Below are positions 26,279 through 37,321 of a stretch of 64,000 bases of DNA, one piece after another. Location: positions 1-64,000 of the forward strand of contig JALDZX010000050.1 of NCBI GenBank assembly GCA_022813865.1, read 5' to 3'. Position 1 is the stretch's first letter; the number at the start of each line of letters is the position of its first letter. This DNA is from Xylographa opegraphella (taxonomy: Eukaryota). The position numbers were made by a program, and so were the translations under genes. The notes beneath the pieces are model-generated. The model was not told the DNA's origin. It searched no databases and saw only the letters and a list, made by a program, of their open reading frames with translations.

Positions 26279-26353
26279 ATCCTTTGAATAGCAAGCCAAG
26301 GACGTCGAGTATTCATCATCCTTTGAATAGCAAGCCAAGGACGTCGAGTATTT
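26279..26353. repeat. Exact ~35 bp direct duplication
   Basis: ATCCTTTGAATAGCAAGCCAAGGACGTCGAGTATT occurs twice with a ~39 bp period. Confidence 0.9.
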
Positions 26354-26699
26354 AGCAGTAACATAAATAACGGACCGGCTTACCAGCAGGCTGGAAGTAT
26401 TTGCAATTTTCTATATGGTTATAAACGTCCATGAGATGTGAGAGTCCCAGACATCGGCCGGATCACGTTTAAGGATAACAACACGCGTAGCGAAGACGTT
26501 GAAACTGTTTCCGTATCTAGCACCCTCCGAGTGAGTGGTTGACACTGCTTTTTCTTAGCCTTTGGGTTTTTCGTTGGTTGGACGTGATCCGGCCGATGTG
26601 AATAACGTTGCCTGCCCTGCAATCAATCCGTTCCGGGTCCTTGCTCCCCAGGTGATGATTCTGGTCTCCGTGTATTCCCATCTCCACACACGAGCACAT

Positions 26700-26848
26700 T
26701 TCTTTTCCATCTACTTCTCCTAGTTCCTTTTTATCCACATCACCTAGCTTTCTTATCATCCTCATATCTGAGTTTCCCTTTCATATTCATCTCCTAGTTT
26801 CGCTTTCATATTCATATCCTAGTTTTCCTTTTATCTTCATCTCCTAGA
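26700..26848. repeat. Pyrimidine-rich ~25 bp minisatellite, about 6 degenerate copies
   Basis: Units resembling AGTTTCCCTTTCATATTCATCTCCT, just upstream of the 26914 gene. Confidence 0.75.
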
Positions 26849-26913
26849 TATCATCGATACGATCGTGCAGCCTCGCCGCACATCAATACAGTACCCGCCC
26901 TGGTTCCGTCGAC

Positions 26914-28147
26914 ATGGCTCCCAGAGTAACTCCGTGGGAATACCGCCCGGCGTACTTGGCCGCCACGAGTACCGAGCCAGTATTCCGTGACCAGATGCGT
27001 TATGGTAAATCCCCCCTGTGTAGGGCTGCTTGATGTACAGTATTGATACATCCGGTAGATGTGCCTAGACAATTCCCTATCACAGATCCTACCGACAGAA
27101 CAGCTTACCATCCTGGCCAGCAAGACTGGAGCATAGATAATCCACCAGATATCCTATACCAAATCTACCCAGATAACGAATGGTATCGATTTATGCATGC
27201 CAAGCTGCCTGGCCCCAAGGTTGATGGAGAAGGACGGGTCGTACTGGAGTCGTGGCCCCCGGATCCAACAAACCCACGAGTACTGCTTAACTTTTCTATT
27301 TTGGTAAAACCCGGTTCTTATTCTGAATATGCAACATAGTGACGTCCTTCATATATAGCCTGACCAGATCGGAACCAAAGAGCACAGCCTCTTCGTTGAA
27401 GTTTGGAGGCGTTTAGATCCACGAGTTCGTCTTATTGATATAACAATGCGAATGGTAGGTCTCAAATCCAAATCCAACAGTAGTATTCCCAATATTTCAT
27501 CAGTCTCTGACGAGTATTAGAACTATAATCGACCAACGGGAAATGCCCTCAACTCCGCACTTCAACGACTAAGGCTTTCTTATCGCGTCCTATCTTGGCA
27601 TCAGTTGTGGCGTAATATCCCCGTAAGCAGAAACCGTGATAAGGTAATCGCGGCGCTCCCGATGTGTGCAATAGTGGAAAGCTCCTCTCGTGGTCATACG
27701 CCTGGGCTCATCATTCCATGGATGGGAGAAGATGGTGGTAGAATTGCCCGACCGTATGTCATGGTAAGGTCTTTCTTCCGTTTGTGTCCATACGGAATTT
27801 AATTCGAGTAGCCGCACAGAAGGTCCGGCGTCAGTAGTTATACCATGCGTGATACGATGCAGCGTATTGAAGCAGCACCGGACTCCCAGCAAGCGATGCA
27901 TCAGTACCATATTCATCCGCAATCTGGAGCCCTATTCCAGTATGATGAGCTTGCCGTCCCGTCTGAGAACAGGAATTATGGTAACGCAGAGACAATGACA
28001 AGACCCAACGAATATACTCAAATGGCTCAACCAACTTCTGACGGGCGTGATGACGACCACACCATTCAAGGGATACAACGAAATGAGTACTTGAACGGCG
28101 TTGGTGACCACAGAAACGTGGAAGCGACCACCAACCATAATGAGTAG
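26914..28147 (+). CDS. Hypothetical fungal protein, 5 exons (introns 27005-27058, 27304-27358, 27455-27520, 27764-27811)
   Basis: Four 48-66 nt GT..AG introns join ATG 26914 and three ORF-track fragments into one frame, containing EVWRRLDPRVRLIDITMRM and SSRGHTPGLIIPWMGEDGGRI. The frame stays open past TAG 28145 to TGA 28345. Confidence 0.75.
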
Positions 28148-30019
28148 GGCGAGATAGGCTTGCAAAGCACGCAAGAGACCGATAACGACGAAGAGCCGTC
28201 AAATCCATGGAGCTTCCCAAGTCATCTAGCTTGGACTGGCCACGAAAACCATTCACCCTTGTACTGTATTCAATATTGTTTTCCCACAGATCAGAACTCC
28301 CTTCCACCTCCTTTGCATGGCCTTTCCGAGGAAGATGCAATCTGAGAAGCCTTGAACTGTTGTAGGCGAGTCATGACCGCAGCGTGACTCTTTGTATTTC
28401 GATCCTTTGTCAACTCTGGGTATGCAGGGAGGAGAGTGCGAACTGTCTTGGAAATGTGGACCAACACGAAGTACAGAGCGAAGCACCGACGGTTGGGTGG
28501 GACACTGGTGGGAAATCCTGCACTGTATTCTTGCTGCGAAGTCATCTGTAATATACTTTTAGGCAGAGAGATGATGAAAATACAAGTTGATGTTCAAGTA
28601 CTGTTGCTCGTCAGCCAAGATTGATTGTTAGCAATATGCCACCTGTCTCTCTCGTTCTGCGTGTCATGATCTGCCTCACGTTGGAGGTCACTATATTTAT
28701 TATATTATTCAGTCATCTCATCTCATATATAAAGACTCTCTTTCGAGAAAACAAGCGTTCAAATGATTATATGAAGCAAGGAGAGGGAGGACCTTCGGCG
28801 GTCTTCAGCAACGTGTGTACACAGGTCAGCATGCCTAAGTCCGACTCATACACGAAGATATATACATCTCTGACTTGATGAAAGGTTTAATGCATCTCTG
28901 AAGACAGAGCTGTTAATATGCATGTTGAATTTCGTGTGTGGTTTCTTCGTTTCTCTGTGTGTGTGTGGTGTGTGATGGGTTAAGTGTGTGACTAGGGGTG
29001 AGGACTTTTTACCCTTAAAAGGAGGACTCAGACCACAAAAGAGCAATCAAGCCGCCCAATATTCACAAAGAAATACTGCGGCCATCGGCATGACTGCCCT
29101 CACGGTGCTCGACCCACGTACTTAGCTCTTTCCGGAAGTCATCCACGGCGTAGAGATCCAATTAACTTCAACCGCTGCGTAAGACTGAGCCTTAGTCCTA
29201 CGGCAAGCACGTCTCTGGTTCCAAGTGTCTTCAACATCGCCGCTGCAAGCAAACCCCCAGCATCCTCTCCGTTACATACTCTTACATCTGTCGGCTGCGG
29301 CGTCAGCTTTCGCTTTCGGCGTCTAGGATATCAGTCTCTGCCCAGGAATCTCTCAGGGCCGTTCACGAGTGCCCTCCTAGCATCGATATATCTTAGAGTA
29401 TCGTTACTACCTCCCTGATGACGATCTGCGTCCTCTTTCACAGTGCCTGGACCATGGATCACCACTTTAGCCATGTTACTCAGTGGTTCCTTATCCGCAA
29501 GTGCGATTATCGCCGCACATGACCGTTAGTGGCCATGGCAGTTCGTACTGACACAGGTCTTACAGTTAGGTGTGTGATATATACTGCCATATACTCCTAC
29601 TTTGACCATCGCCGCAGAGTGGTTTGATGGCCGAAGACACATGGCCGTGGGTGTGATTCTAGTTGAAGAGGACCGGGTGGAGTAATATGGGTACCCCTCC
29701 TACGGGATTTGACATCGAGCATCGGCTTCGGAATTACGAGCTTCATTTTGATCTCTACGTCTGGACCGGTCCTGACTTAAGAGCCTTCGGCCATTCTACA
29801 GCCTGGAAACAAAGCTCCAGGACCACGCCACTGCACATTGACCTCTCTCACGCCAATTAAACAACCGGGCAGAGTTGTGCATTCGTTAGTCACACCTCTG
29901 GAGCTATCCTACAAGTCGCAGTCTACAAGACATCTGTGTGCTTATGATCCTCAGACACAGCGCCGCTCAGTTACAGGGAAAATAAGCAGGGAGCTTCACG
30001 GCATCCAGCACCTCGTGTA

Positions 30020-30417
30020 AACTACGCAGGAAAGATCGGATTGGGCTGGGGTAGAGACAATACGACGCCCCTAAGTGCTGTCACGATGGCTGACTTCATG
30101 GCTCCCATCGAGTGCTCCACCTGGAGTTGAGGCACCTCAAAGCCTGTTCATCACGAACTACGCTGGAAAGGTTGAACTGGCTGGAACAGAGACGCTCCTA
30201 AGCGCTGTTACGATGACTGACTCCGTGGCTCCCTTGAGTGCTCCACTTGGAGTTGAGGGAAGTGGAAGCCTGTTCGTCACGAACTAAGCTGGAAAGATCA
30301 GACCGGGCTAGGGCAGAGACAATACGACGCCCCTAAGCGCTGTCATAATGCTGACTCTGTGGCTCCCTTCGACTGCTCCACCCGGAGTCGAGACACGCCA
30401 AAGCCTGTTCATCATGT
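30020..30417. repeat. Three diverged tandem copies of a ~126-136 bp unit
   Basis: Units start at 30020, 30156 and 30282 (AACTAMGCWGGAAAG...CCTAAGYGCTGT...TGCTCCACYYGGAGT...AAGCCTGTTCRTCA). Confidence 0.9.
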
Positions 30418-30943
30418 ACACATGCCTCTACAGCGTGATCGCGAGCGCCTACAATTACTTGTTTCCCACGATGGTGATCGCCCAATCTGGGGTCTGGGAT
30501 TTCACGAATATTTATGGCTTGCTGTACATGCTCTGAGGGATGGGCACTCTAGGGGGACCCGGTGGCGGGAGAACGCAGGCAGTCGGTAACGGCAGTGGGG
30601 AAGGATATAAGCTTTGGAGAGACAATTCTGATGGCTGAGCTCTTGCTTTTGGGAGCTACGGTGGCGGTTGGTTGGACGGTGGCAAAAAGGGGGCGCAGAT
30701 AGAATGGAACTGGAAACAATCAGGTGAACGACGAGGAAGGGCAGGGACGGAAGGCATGGAAGTCGGGTAACCTTGGTTTCTGGACTCGAAGAGCAAAGCC
30801 AATTTCGTGATTTCTGGCTAAGATCGGCGAACTAAGCTTTCAAGGAAAAATTCAACTCTAATCTAAGTGGAAGAAAGCAAAGAAAGTACAAGAAACCACA
30901 AGAGATCTTCTATCAGGATGGTGAAGCGATTGGTTCCTATCTT

Positions 30944-31093
30944 GTGGACAGGCAAAGCAGGCCCGAGTGGACAGGCAAAGCAAGGGCTCGAGTGGACAGG
31001 CAAAGCAGGCTCGAGTGGACAGGCAAAGCAAGGGCTCGAGTGGACAGGCAAAGCAGGCTCGAGTGGACAAGCAAAGCAGGCTCGAGTGGACAG
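30944..31093. repeat. Minisatellite of 23/25 bp units (GTGGACAGGCAAAGCA[AG]GGCTCGA), 6 units plus a partial
   Basis: Unit lengths run 23, 25, 23, 25, 23, 23, with no spacers. Confidence 0.95.
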
Positions 31094-33870
31094 TTCGTGA
31101 CGTTCCATATGATCAGCCCTTACGAGAAGGATCCCCCTATCTGCTAAGCACCATGGGAAATAGCAATATTTCAAAGTACCATTTACTATACTTCAAATTC
31201 ATCCATCGTGGTATCGTGTCTTGGCATATGAGGTTACCCAACGAGCTCAATTACTTGCTCCTACTTCCACAGTATCCAAATCAGATTGGCAACTACCAAA
31301 ATGTACCTGAGTAGTCTAATTGGTCATGTATTCATCATGGCACAGTTCATACAGAGTCAATATCGATACTACCACTGACAGCGAATGCCAAGGTTACTAT
31401 TGTGCATTGAGACTTGCCAATTGAAAGGCTCTATTAAGTACATTTACTCAATCGTGTAGTGTCCTGTGCCATAAGCTTCAAATCAATGCCAGACATATGA
31501 TTCGGGTTATTATGAACAGAAACCAATGATGGGAAGATAAACAATTCGTAAAGCAGCCAAGTGTTCTTGATATCCGGATCAAATATCTGCCGTCTGAATC
31601 ACGTATCCATTGCAAGCACTAAATAACGCGGAAGATACAGCAAGGAAAGAGCATTCTCCAATATCGATAGCCAGTTGCTGTCAGTCAGGGGTGTGATGCT
31701 TGGCGGCCGTGCTGACTTGTACGCAGACTTGTTCTCGCGTGAAGCATGGATGAAAACTTCTCACTGTAATGATCATCACGCTATCATCTCTTTTGTTGCT
31801 CTCAGAGGTTCGTTCTCAGTATCAGAAATCAACTCCGAAGAGCTGCACTTCTATTAGGTATTCCACTAGGATTCCGCAGTAATCGTGTGGGATTGACCCA
31901 TAAGCCCGATAACATGGGATCGAAATCATGCTCAAACGAGCTCGATGCTCGAAAATCAACTACACAATACTGGAAAGCCATGCTCATGACCAACCAACAA
32001 AGTCACAGATCTCCCGTCGCCTATGAGGAACCGTATGTCGAATAATCAACACAAATCGATTTGTTGAGCAGACTTCCTCGAGTTGTGCTCGCCATGCCCA
32101 ATCAATGACGATTCGCTGCAACCGGTGTCTCCACATCTGCCTACGTACAACAACATGGAGATTGGACTGAGGCTGTGATGTTCATTCAAGCTGCCGTCAT
32201 ACTTAAGTGCTGTTTCGTCTGCGATTGCGTTGTCACAGGCATTTGCCTAAAAGAGCTCCAATGCCGTCGGAATGTCGTCCGCAACAAGTACTAGCGATCG
32301 GTGTTCACCGCTTTTCTCTTATCTCTGATTATTCTTGACTCCCGTAAGCTCGACTAGATCTCGAAATCTGCTGCGTCGACGCTGAGTCAAAAGGTTAAAT
32401 CCTTAGCTGTCCTATGGCTTGCGCACTGTCTTTGCCTCCTGTTATCTCGTGGAGAAATGAAGAGAATTGTCAGTCAAGGCGCGCCCAGTTGAAGCTACAA
32501 ACGATTATCATATGGAAATCCATAGCTAAGAAAGCTTGCCTAGGCGGATGTCTAGACACGTCATTCTGCGTCGTCTACCTTACTTGGCTGCCAATGTTCT
32601 CGCGGTGTTCCGCAAGCGTGGGGTGACGGCAGATTTAGCTTCGTCCTGCCCTTCCGCCGCACTAATCCGGAGTACTGGAGGAGAAGTGAGGTGGTCTCAT
32701 GCATCCTTCGGATACGGGGTCGCTTCCCCGGATTCCTGCAAGCTGCGCGATAGTGGAGCTCCAGGCGCATATCGGAAAACGTGGTAGGTGGACGTGGCGT
32801 TGGACTGTGCGCGAGCGCAGCTGACGGCCATCGTTCACTAAGCCAGGCAGACCCAGATTGCACTTTGCCATAATGGCGCGAGGGGCAGGTATTGGTCGGG
32901 ATGGCGGAGATAGGAGCGCAACTGCGACTGCTTGGCTGATCTGGCCATCCAGATGCTGTTGCCTGATGCTTTTGATTCAGGCGACTCGCGTTATCAAGGC
33001 AAGGCGTCGGCTCGTGTGGTCTGCATGTGCATGTGCAAGCGGCAACGACACTGGGCAGAATCGTCGCACCCGAGTAATCCTATCTTGACTTCCTTCCCCG
33101 TTAGTTACATATCACTCGCCGTGTCACGTCTCCAGCTGCTGACTGCTGATTCTATGTGTCAGGCCAGGCAACATGATATCATATAGCCGCCTATTATCCA
33201 AGAGTGAATGCTTACAGGGCTGGTGACATAACGGCACTGCATACAAGCCCTTTCAGGCGACTCGATTATCAAAATGTCAAGTTCACACTACGGGGAGAAG
33301 CAAAGCGGTCCGATGGTGAGTCCGGCTTCGTGTTTGGCTGCTGAGGCCTCTTCTCAGCTGACGCCGTAGTCGACCGATTGAATACCGAATTATTTCAACT
33401 TCCCCCAAATCCCCAGTGCGTAAGTTGTCCGGCCCGAGGTCCTGCTCCCCACCCAACCGCCAGATCTGCTATCTATTTACCCCGGATCTGACTTTTCGCA
33501 GCAGGCATGAATTGCGGGGCAAGGGCGTTCAGAAAGTGCGGGGATAAATGACAGGCGCAGGGACGAGGTTCTAGACCTCCTGTCGATCTATCTACCCTAT
33601 CGCACATCCCCATGTTTACCCCATGAGCGTCGTGGACTGGATACCGCAAGGAGATCTTACAAGCGAGAGGGTTCTTGGGAGCGCTTGACTTATCTTGCGT
33701 TTCTGTATATGCGTTGACGAGAATGCTACCGTGACTCTCTGATCACATCCCTTTCTCTGGGCAAGCCATCGCCCGTCTGAGCATTACCTAATGGGATGAC
33801 CGGTTCGGTCGGGGTTGTGGCTACGTTTGGGAGTGAGGTTATCTCGGGCGGGCTCTGCTAACGGCTCGGC

Positions 33871-33938
33871 CGTTGGTACTGCGAGGGCTTGCTCTTCTCT
33901 GTCTCTCGGAGTTGGTACTGCGAGGGCTTGCTCTTCTC
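33871..33938. repeat. 28 bp direct duplication, 39 bp period
   Basis: GTTGGTACTGCGAGGGCTTGCTCTTCTC occurs twice. Confidence 0.85.
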
Positions 33939-34252
33939 CGTCTCTTGCAGCTGGAGTAGGTTGCGGACGGGTTCGTTCTGGAGTGCTTGCCGGGGATATG
34001 TTTGGAAGCTACGAGGGCTACGGGTAGACGTGGGAGTTCGAATGTACTCGAGTTCAGTATACTGTATTTTAGTATATAGTAGTCTAGTATAATGTATTTC
34101 CATTCACTCTACCGTACACTATGGTTCAGCATAATATATTTCCGCACACTGTGCTGTAGTCCAGTTGTAGTCCAGCATAATGTAGTCCAGCACCCTCTCG
34201 TCCAGCACCCTCCAAATCCACCCCTCCCCACCATCATCCAAACACCACATTC

Positions 34253-34253
<1 letters not shown>

Positions 34254-34314
<61 letters not shown>

Positions 34315-34373
34315 NNNNNNNNNNNNNNNNNNNNNNNNNNNNNNNNNNNNNNNNNNNNNNNNNNCCCCCCCCC
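34254..34373. repeat. Poly-C tract spanning an assembly gap (N at 34315-34363)
   Basis: Read directly; the true length is unknown. Confidence 0.9.
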
Positions 34374-35164
34374 GACCATCATCCAAAGACCACCTACCCT
34401 TATCCCCCATCAGCAGCCACCAGACGGCAAACTGCGAAAGAGCGAAGCGGTGCTCGTTACACGCTCCGTTGATTTTCGCTACATTCGTTACTTCTCGTTG
34501 CATTACATCTCCTTGTACATTTCGCTACGTCGGGGCGCTGGTAGACCGGGGGGGTTGGTTGGTGGGATAGGTAAGGGATAGTTAAGGCATGGTTATAGAT
34601 GATTTTTTTAGGAGCTAGGAAGGGGGGGGGGTAGGGTAAGGTGGATTGTCAGTATTTGAGAAGTTAAAGGGTCGGATGGAAGGCTGGTTGACGGGTCTGG
34701 GCGTTGGAGGGATGGATGGGAGGGATGGATGTGATGGGCTTTGAGGGAGGGGGCGTTCAGGGTTGTGGGTTCTTGGAGGTTACCTAGGGTGGTGGGTATA
34801 GAAGATGTTATCTGGATGATAGTATCCAGGGGACGAGGAAGGCGCGTGCGGCGTGGCTTTGCCGGGCAGGTAGATGTGCATAGGTAGTCTGGTGGACGGT
34901 TCACTCTGTCAAGTACCCATAAATGAATGTGTATCAACGAAACAGAAAGAACACGGTTACCAACAACGAATACCTAAATCCTCTCACCCTCAATCAGCAG
35001 CGCCATCGAGCTTTCCTCCCTCGCTCGATGCATACTCCCCGGCACCACAGGACCCTTGCTCTCAAATACGCACATCCCTACTATACCCTCTCGGGCCCAG
35101 ACCCGAAGCGGGGCCCCCCCAATCTGTCAGCGATGCGGTGCACTGCCGCCGAGAAAGAACGGGT

Positions 35165-36747
35165 CGCACGTGCGGTCAGCGTTGCGCCTTCCGGGAGCGC
35201 GGCATGTTTGTCGATGAATCGTTATTACAGCTGCTCCGCATGTAGGACTTTTTAAAGCGAGGGGGCCTCACTGTTTGATACGACTGGCCCAGTGGATGGG
35301 GAGCCCGGATGAGCGGTGGCCGAAGGCTAAGAGCGGGAAGAAGAGGCGCGCGTGCGCAGGGAGTGGAGAGGGACGGTGGGTGTGGCTGGGTAAGGTAGGT
35401 AGGTACGTGAAATACATCAGACCTGTCCACCACTGATAGATCGTTCGGAGTCAGCAATATAGGTAGATCAACCTGTACCCTTTCTCCTTTATTGAGACGA
35501 GTCAGATATCCACCTGAGTGAATATGACGTCTCGTCTTTCCCCCCGGGTGGAGACGTGTCCCATTCTCCGCCGTACCGTGAATCCGTTGATTAACGATAC
35601 GAAGCCTGCCCCCGCCGGTACGCGGGTCGAGGTTGCCGAGCGGCCGGGGCATGTCAAGGTACCTTTACCGTACTCCGTCGTCTCCGATGCATGATTGGGT
35701 TGGTCCCGCCTCCCTAACCCACGTGCTGCGCCGGCGCGCGAGACCCACACACTACCGTTTGACAAGCGAAGTGAAGTGAGCGAAAGTAAGCTGCGTCATG
35801 CGGCTGAGAAGGAAAAAGGGAGAGAGGAAAAGAGGGAAGAAGAAGAAGGAAGAAGATTTGATTTCTCAGCTCCGAGAACGCCCGAAACGGGGAGGATCTT
35901 GGCATGTGACTCCTCAATTCCGCTGCTCAGCCCCACCTGAAGAAAGCCCACGTGCTGGGATGGAATCTCCTTTTTCTCCCACCCATGCGATGGCGACTTT
36001 TTGTGCCGTTGTTCTCGTGAGGTGGGTTGGAACGGGGAACGGGGGATGCTTGCTTGATCACGGAGATTTGCCTTCTCTGCTCTTGGTGACAACGACTAGA
36101 GCAGTGGGGAAGTTCGCCGTCCATGCCGCTGTCGGTGTCGGTCGAAGATTGAAGAAAGACTTGGCGAAAACGGTTAGGCTGGGCGAGTGCGAAGCAATAC
36201 TACGGGCTTGGCGACGATGAGTTTCACCCTCTGCTACAAGCTTCAGCTCCAGCTCCAGCGTTCCCCACGATTCCGAAGCGACGGGCCGGAGGGAGGCGGG
36301 GGGGGCAAGAAAGAGATGATCGGCGGGTGCCTGCTTCCAGCGGCTTGTCTTCGGGGTCCCCCTTTCGCATCAACATCCGACGGCGGAGCTTTATGCACGC
36401 TTCTCAGGAGGTTCGGGTGGGTGGGGGAGAGAGGTTACCTAGATCTACCTTACCTTACCTCACAGACGAAAGGGGTGGTAACATGCAGCGACCAGCGACG
36501 TTACTTGTCGCCTGCCGCGCAACAAGCTGGAGCCGGGGTTGAGCGAGTACATGAGGGATACATCACACATTCATATGTACATCATGCATCACAGTGGAGT
36601 GGAGTCGAGAGGGGAGGGGAGGGGAGGGGAGGAGAGGCGCGGGACCTGTCTCACCCAACGTGTCCTTCACGTGTAGACCACCTTACTCTAATCCCACCAT
36701 TTCCCTTTCCCTCGGCCGACGCGAGCTCAGCTCAGGCACCCACGTGC
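35165..36747. promoter_or_regulatory. Cluster of five CACGTG E-boxes, three of them CCCACGTGC
   Basis: CGCACGTGCG 35165; CCCACGTGC 35718, 35947 and 36739; TCACGTGT 36667. Function is inferred. Confidence 0.55.
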
Positions 36748-37223
36748 AAGACTGGAGCGACAGATCGTGATCATCTCGGCGCGCACCATGCCCGATCGCG
36801 TGCGGAGGGCAGATGGGGAGAAATTGAATGAATGAAATGGTGGAAGTCATGATGTAACACGCGCTTTCGTCTGTCGTCGGGCTAGTGTGGCGTGGGGAAG
36901 CGGAGGAGCTTCATTATTGGGGTGATGATGGTGATAATGGATGGGGAATGGGGGAAGAGATAGGATAAGCGGCATGCTGTTTTGTTGCTTCGTCCTCTTC
37001 TTCTTTTCTGTCTTCTGTTCTGCCTGTTGACTGCGAACTGCTGATTTACTCACCTTACTTGAGTCACTCACACAAGGTACCTTAGTCTGCTCTGGCCACG
37101 GAGTCCCTCCAACCCAGCCCACACTACTCACTCACCCTCACACCCGACCCTTCCAATCCTTCCCCCATCCTTCCGCCCACGTTTCAGACCGCCTCCCTCC
37201 CCCTTCCATCTCCCCCTCCATCT

Positions 37224-37224
<1 letters not shown>

Positions 37225-37319
<95 letters not shown>
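37225..37319. repeat. Poly-C tract of about 95 nt
   Basis: Read directly. Confidence 0.9.

Positions 37320-37321
<2 letters not shown>

Noticed and set aside
30944..31093. CRISPR-like array
   Set aside because: The units abut with no unique spacers, the context is eukaryotic, and there are no cas genes.
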